Below, piece by piece: positions 59,101-64,000 of a stretch of 64,000 nt of DNA. The translations under genes were made by a program, and so were the position numbers. The stretch comes from an uncultured Bacteroidales bacterium (GTDB lineage Bacteria > Bacteroidota > Bacteroidia > Bacteroidales > GCA-2748055), in the NCBI GenBank assembly GCA_963779845.1, contig CAVZZV010000005.1, forward strand, positions 879,427 through 943,426. Direction: 5' to 3'. The notes beneath the pieces are model-generated. The model saw only the letters and a program-made list of their open reading frames with translations, had not been told where the DNA came from and did no database searches. The stretch's first letter is position 1. Every line of letters begins with the position of its first letter.

Positions 59101-59252
59101 GTCCCCTTTGCTAATTCTTGAATAATAATTGTAACACCAGGGAGCGGTTCTCCGTCATCATTGTGGACCACTCCTGTTATGGTATTATTTTGCGCAAATA
59201 GCGCCAAAGGAGAGAGGAACAATACCAGTAATAGAAAGTTTAGTTTCTTCAT
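56157..59252 (-). CDS. SusC/RagA-family TonB-dependent receptor (no STN domain)
   Basis: 1031 aa with a signal peptide. CarboxypepD_reg-like start [20 protein letters not shown]. TonB box/plug [20 protein letters not shown] and [29 protein letters not shown]. The terminal strand is ...FSLGVNIGF*. Confidence 0.93.
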   Translation of the reverse strand: [1031 protein letters not shown]

Positions 59253-59314
59253 TCTTTTTGATTTAATAGTTTAGTAATAAAATTTGTCAATATTAATTTT
59301 TCCCTGTTGCTTTA

Positions 59315-59355
59315 AACTGGAATCTGAATGATAATAACTGGAATTTAAATGATAA
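59315..59355. promoter_or_regulatory. Two 20-nt direct repeats with 21-nt phasing, 63 nt upstream of the susC ATG (candidate operator)
   Basis: AACTGGAATCTGAATGATAA (59315-59334), then t, then AACTGGAATTTAAATGATAA (59336-59355). 18 of 20 positions are identical. Confidence 0.4.
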
Positions 59356-59359
59356 ATAT

Positions 59360-61694
59360 TCATTCCCCCTCATTATTTTCATTCTTATACTTATAGCAAC
59401 CAAGGTCAATCTTTTCAGTTGTTATATCAAAGTCATTAAATCGTCTGTTGCCTTCAAAATCGATTGGGAAAGCATTTTTTAAGGTTCCTTTTCCTATTGC
59501 AGCCGAACCTTCTTTAAGTTTGAAGTTATTATTATTGACATCCAAAAATAATGGGTTCCCTTCCATATTATCCGAAGCCCAGTTAGTAGAATTCATTTCT
59601 TCCGTGGTTTTATATTCGTCGGCTTTGTACGAATAACGACAGAGGCTCAAGGTATTATTTTGATAAAACAAACAGTTTAGTACCTCTGTCCAATGCCATT
59701 TAAGGGAAGAAGTGGGATCGGCACCTTCATAGACATCGGCAATAAAAAGTGAAGCACCATAATTGTTGACAAAAATCGAGTTGATTATCCGGCTTTGAGC
59801 TGGCACGCGGCCAAGTTGGGCGATGGCGGCCCCTTTAGACATCCCTTTGTTATTCAACACAGTGCAATCACTCATTAAAAGAGTAGAACCCCCATTCATC
59901 ACGATATTTCCACCTTCAAGTAAGGTGAAATTGTTATTCAACAAACAATTAATAAATCGTAAAGTTCCAGTCTGTTTTTGGTCGGTATCAAACCATGCAA
60001 TTCCACCATTAGCCTGCGCCTTATTGTCACTCATGTGGCAATTATAAAAACGGGTGTGATAACCATTGTCGGCATTACAGTCGACATAGACTGCTCCACC
60101 ATTATTAAGCGCCTCATTATTGTTTATTTCACATCCAACAAACAAAGGGCTGGTACCATTGGAGATGTAAATACCGGCTCCATTCTTTGCAGCGTAGTTA
60201 TCTGCAATGGTGCAATTTACAAATCGGATTGACTCACCTCCGTTTTCCAGCCAAATTCCAGCACCGCTACCTTCATTATCCTCCCCATTGTTTTTACCGC
60301 CTCTAATGCTTAAGCCATCAATCCGTATATATTCAGAATTTGTTATCCTTAGTACCAGCGGGATCTTTCCTTTGCCATCAATTACTGTTTCTGAAATTAC
60401 ATTTCTTTCTTCCAATGTTGTTTCTGAACCCCTAAAGCCTCCATATATGTACAATGCTGTTTTTCCATCAATGGCTAATTTCTTGTCATAAGTACCTTTG
60501 GAGACCCATATCTGTGTTTCCGGTTCTGCGACATCAATTGCTTTTTGTAAAGAATTATAGGCTGATTCCCAGGATTTCCCATCCGTATTTTTTCCATTTT
60601 CTGAAACGTAAATAACTTCCATATTTTCTTTTGCCGCTGATGGATAAGGAATTAATGGCACTAAGCGTTTCTGCCTATCGAATCTCATTTGAACTATAGC
60701 AGCATTTTCACGAAACTGTGCCGCAGCCTCATCATTACCAAACATAATTGCCCAGGTATTTCCATCAAAATCGTCAAAAATTAAATTGTGACCCCCATGT
60801 GGAATCGCAATGTATGCCTCCGAGTAGGGACCGGTAATATTATCCGACATCGCAATCATACAATCATAACGACCATCGGCAGTTCTGCGGTTCACATCGG
60901 TATTGCCGAATACATGTCCTTTTTGTGGGCTTTCGGTATTCCACTCTGCTGCCATTAAGTAATAGATACCATTTTTATAATACATATTTACCCCTTCATA
61001 ACCAACTTCTTTTCCATGCGCATCTTTTGGAAAAACAGGCGGAGCATCATCTGCAAACCCCATCATGTCGGGTTTTAACTTTTTCATGTTCCCTGGTCCC
61101 CAGATGTACCAGACAGTTCCATCCCGGTCCTGAAAAAGTGTGGCGTCGATACCATGAACCGAGGCAGCATCCTTTTTAACGTCTTCGTAAGGTCCTTCGG
61201 GTAAACCTGTATTACTTTTCAGTAGCCCGGAACCGTAGTCACCACTCACCGAATAAGTAATCCAAAAATTATTGTTTATGTAATGAATCTCGGGTGCCCA
61301 AACACCGCGCACCATGCGCCTTTTGTTATTTTAATTTTTCTTTGTGCCTCATTGCTGGCATCTTTATCAAAGGTCCACACAAAACCCTTATCGCCAATGA
61401 TTTTCCAATTATTCAAATCCGAGGTTTCCCACACTCGAATTCCCTCGGCAACACCCCAGTTATCATCGGTTGTTCCAGTTAAATAGAATTTATCTTTCGG
61501 ACCTTTGCATATGGCAACGTCGCGTAAATGATATTTAAACAGTGGTTGAACAATTGGCATAGGCCGTTCAATGCTGTCGATTGCCTTTTCGAATAGGGCG
61601 AAAATTTTGGATTCAAAGTCTGGCTTATCAAGGCGGCAGAGGTTAGTGCCATAATTAATACTATTACAGCAAGTCTGGAAATATATCTTTGCAT
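59360..61694 (-). pseudogene. GH43-like propeller fused to a right-handed beta-helix domain, interrupted by two frameshifts
   Basis: There are three consecutive frames. 61479-61694 encodes the signal peptide MQRYISRLAVIVLIMALTSAALISQ. 61276-61560 encodes ...LRDVAICKGPKDKFYLTGTTD... 59360-61315 encodes RGVWAPEIHYINNNFWITYS, IDATLFQDRDG, YEGVNMYYKNGIYYLMAAE, then repeats such as NGGAVYVDCNADNG and EGGNIVMNGGSTLLMSDCTVLNNKG. Confidence 0.8.
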
Positions 61695-62269
61695 AATTTA
61701 TCGGTTTGATTGATACAAGTTTCGCTAATAATGTGTTCCATGGACTGTAAAATGAATGAAATTAAGGGGAAAATAAATTTTATAAAAAATCCATTTGACT
61801 ATAAAACCAATACCTGATGTTTTTAACCAGGTATTTTATCCTGGATAAATAGTTTTTTTAGATTATTTCTTTAAGATGCATAAGGTCTATACCTTCTTTT
61901 TATCCCATCCCGCAATGCGGTCTAAACTTGTTCCAATATGAAATTGTATAGCAACACCTTTCAGCTAACTGCCGCCAATGTCGATTCAATATACTCCGGA
62001 TTTTTATGCATTCTTATTTTATTATGATGAGAATTATATACTAATTAGGTGAAGATTTGTTGAGCATCGCTATCCCATGGAAATTACCATTTTCAACTGA
62101 ACACAGTGGCAAATAAGAAAAACCTTGATAAAATGAAGATAATATTTAACTTTGGATTTAACTGGAAAAAATGAATTCAATAACTTCAGCTATAATTGTT
62201 TAAATACAAGTAATTCATAATCTAATCCGTCATATTTTGAAACTATAAACCACTCACTAACTTTAGGCT

Positions 62270-63934
62270 ATGAATTTATGTAAGCAATACTTCAAAATCC
62301 CTATACTGACATTACTGCTCGCGTTGACCATGGTTAACTGCAAAAAGGAAACTCCAATGCCTAACATTGTTTTGGTACTCTGTGATGATTTGGGCTTTTC
62401 TGATCCCGGTTGTTATGGCGGTGAAATTAATACACCTACCATTGACCGGCTTGCAAAGCAGGGAGTTCGGATAAACCGGGTTTATAATTCCGCTCGCTGC
62501 TGTCCTAGCAGAGCCAGTCTATTTACCGGATTGTATCCTCATCAGGCAGGAATTGGATATTTTGCCAATTACGACAAAGGGGCTCCAGGGTATACAGGAT
62601 TTCTACAGGACCGCAGCGTTGGTATTGCGGAGGTTTTAAAATCTGCAGGTTATAATACCTATATGTCGGGAAAGTGGCATATGGGTGATCCCCCCGGCCC
62701 AATTGATAAAGGATTCGATGAATTTTACGGATTCACCATTCCTCACTCCATCTCCTGCTGGGATCCGGATGCCATGTTCAGACTTCCGGAAGGAAGACCA
62801 CTGAAACAATATCCGGTAGGAAAGTTTTATTCCACTGATGCCATAACTGATTATGCGCTGGATTTTTTGGAAGATGGAATATCAAAACCTGAACCATTTT
62901 TTCTCTTCCTGTCCTATAATTCCCCTCATTTCCCCTTACACGCTCCAAAGGAAATAACCGATAAATATGCTCCCCTATATGAGAAGGGCTGGGATACAAT
63001 CCGTGCAGCGCGCTTCGAAAAAATGAAAGATCTGGGCATTGCAGACCCCGCCTGGGAACTTCCACCACGCTCAGAAGTCATGATTGAAAAAAGGGACATG
63101 GGCTATGGCGGTCAGCCCAATCCTGCGTGGGCCAGTTTCAGCCCCGAGAGGCAAAAAGACCTGGCCAGAAGAATGGCTGTATATGCGTCAATGGTCGACC
63201 GGATGGATCAGAACCTGGGCCGCATCATCACACGCCTGGAAGAATCCGGCGAACTTGAAAACACCCTCATTATATTCCTTTCCGATAATGGCGCATGTGC
63301 AGAATTCAACCCCCTCGGTTTTGATTTTGAAGAAAGCCGTAACAATATCCTTAACACAGGAGCAAGGCTTGACAGCCTGGGATTGTCTGGAACTTATATT
63401 TCCTATGGAAGCGGTTGGGCCATGACAAGCAATACCCCCCTGAACCTCTATAAACATTATATCCATGAGGGCGGTATCAGCACTCCTTTTATATTATACT
63501 GGCCTGCCGGAATTCATAACCCCGGACGTATTGACAAGCGTCCTGCCCATATCATGGATGTTATGGCCACCTGCGTGGAGGTTTCAGGTGCTACCTACCC
63601 GGAGACTAATAATGGAACCAGGGTAATTCCTCTTGAAGGAATCAGCTTGCTGCCTGTTATGAAGGGCATGGAGGCTAAGGAGCGAAACCTCGGTTTTGAA
63701 CATGAGAAGAACCGTGGATATCTGAAAGGAGACTGGAAAATTGTTTCTGAGGAATTCCGGGGAACAGACTGGGAGCTCTATAATATAAGTGAAGACCGAC
63801 TTGAACAGAACAACCTGGCTGACCAATATCCGGAAAAGGTGAAGGAACTTGCTGATGATTATGATGAATGGGCAAAAAGAGTGTTTGTCCTTCCCTATTT
63901 TAAAACAACGGATACCAAGTATGATAAATATTAA
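62270..63934 (+). CDS. S1-family sulfatase, arylsulfatase-A/AtsA-like (the only plus-strand gene)
   Basis: 554 aa. Lipoprotein-type signal LLLALTMVNCKK. Motifs VLCDDLGFSDPGCYG and RCCPSRASLFTGLYPHQAG. Confidence 0.92.
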   Translation: MNLCKQYFKIPILTLLLALTMVNCKKETPMPNIVLVLCDDLGFSDPGCYGGEINTPTIDRLAKQGVRINRVYNSARCCPSRASLFTGLYPHQAGIGYFANYDKGAPGYTGFLQDRSVGIAEVLKSAGYNTYMSGKWHMGDPPGPIDKGFDEFYGFTIPHSISCWDPDAMFRLPEGRPLKQYPVGKFYSTDAITDYALDFLEDGISKPEPFFLFLSYNSPHFPLHAPKEITDKYAPLYEKGWDTIRAARFEKMKDLGIADPAWELPPRSEVMIEKRDMGYGGQPNPAWASFSPERQKDLARRMAVYASMVDRMDQNLGRIITRLEESGELENTLIIFLSDNGACAEFNPLGFDFEESRNNILNTGARLDSLGLSGTYISYGSGWAMTSNTPLNLYKHYIHEGGISTPFILYWPAGIHNPGRIDKRPAHIMDVMATCVEVSGATYPETNNGTRVIPLEGISLLPVMKGMEAKERNLGFEHEKNRGYLKGDWKIVSEEFRGTDWELYNISEDRLEQNNLADQYPEKVKELADDYDEWAKRVFVLPYFKTTDTKYDKY

Positions 63935-64000
63935 CTGAAATACATTCTGAAACCTATTTCCCTCGACAGTGAAATCCGAAATACCGTGATTATGTGAACA

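Noticed and set aside
1-64000. Search for CRISPR arrays, tRNA/rRNA genes, transposases, integrases and terminal inverted repeats that could explain the rearrangements.
   Set aside because: I found no regularly spaced short repeats, no tRNA-like cloverleaf candidates and no DDE or tyrosine-recombinase-like ORFs in the six-frame track. The rearrangements look like homologous or illegitimate recombination among paralogs.

Overview
AT-rich Bacteroidota-type DNA, recognisable from SusC/SusD pairs, an ECF sigma/FecR pair and T9SS C-terminal sorting domains. It forms one very large polysaccharide-utilisation region. Every gene except the last (62270-63934) is on the minus strand.

Intact content:
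- 13 S1 sulfatases, all Cys-type (C-x-P-x-R), falling into at least four sequence classes.
- Three GH51-type enzymes, one GH43, one GH2 and one large GH106-like hydrolase.
- A T9SS-tagged metallophosphoesterase and a T9SS-tagged clan-GH-A-like TIM barrel fused to a LamG domain.
- An enolase-superfamily enzyme carrying an export signal, and an unassignable 535-aa secreted protein.
- Three SusC/SusD pairs: one intact, one with a single frameshift in susC, one heavily decayed.

The locus also carries many traces of rearrangement:
- A 1.6-kb tandem duplication.
- At least four sulfatase gene relics.
- A beta-lactamase-family gene fragment.
- A GH43/beta-helix fusion broken by two frameshifts.
- A duplicated sigma/anti-sigma/susC-5' regulatory module that has lost the sigma factor in one copy and the anti-sigma factor in the other.

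I saw no rRNA, tRNA, CRISPR array, transposase or integrase.

Limits: all family calls rest on motifs recognised by eye, not on searches. Relic and repeat boundaries are approximate to about 10-30 nt. Frameshifts could be sequencing errors.
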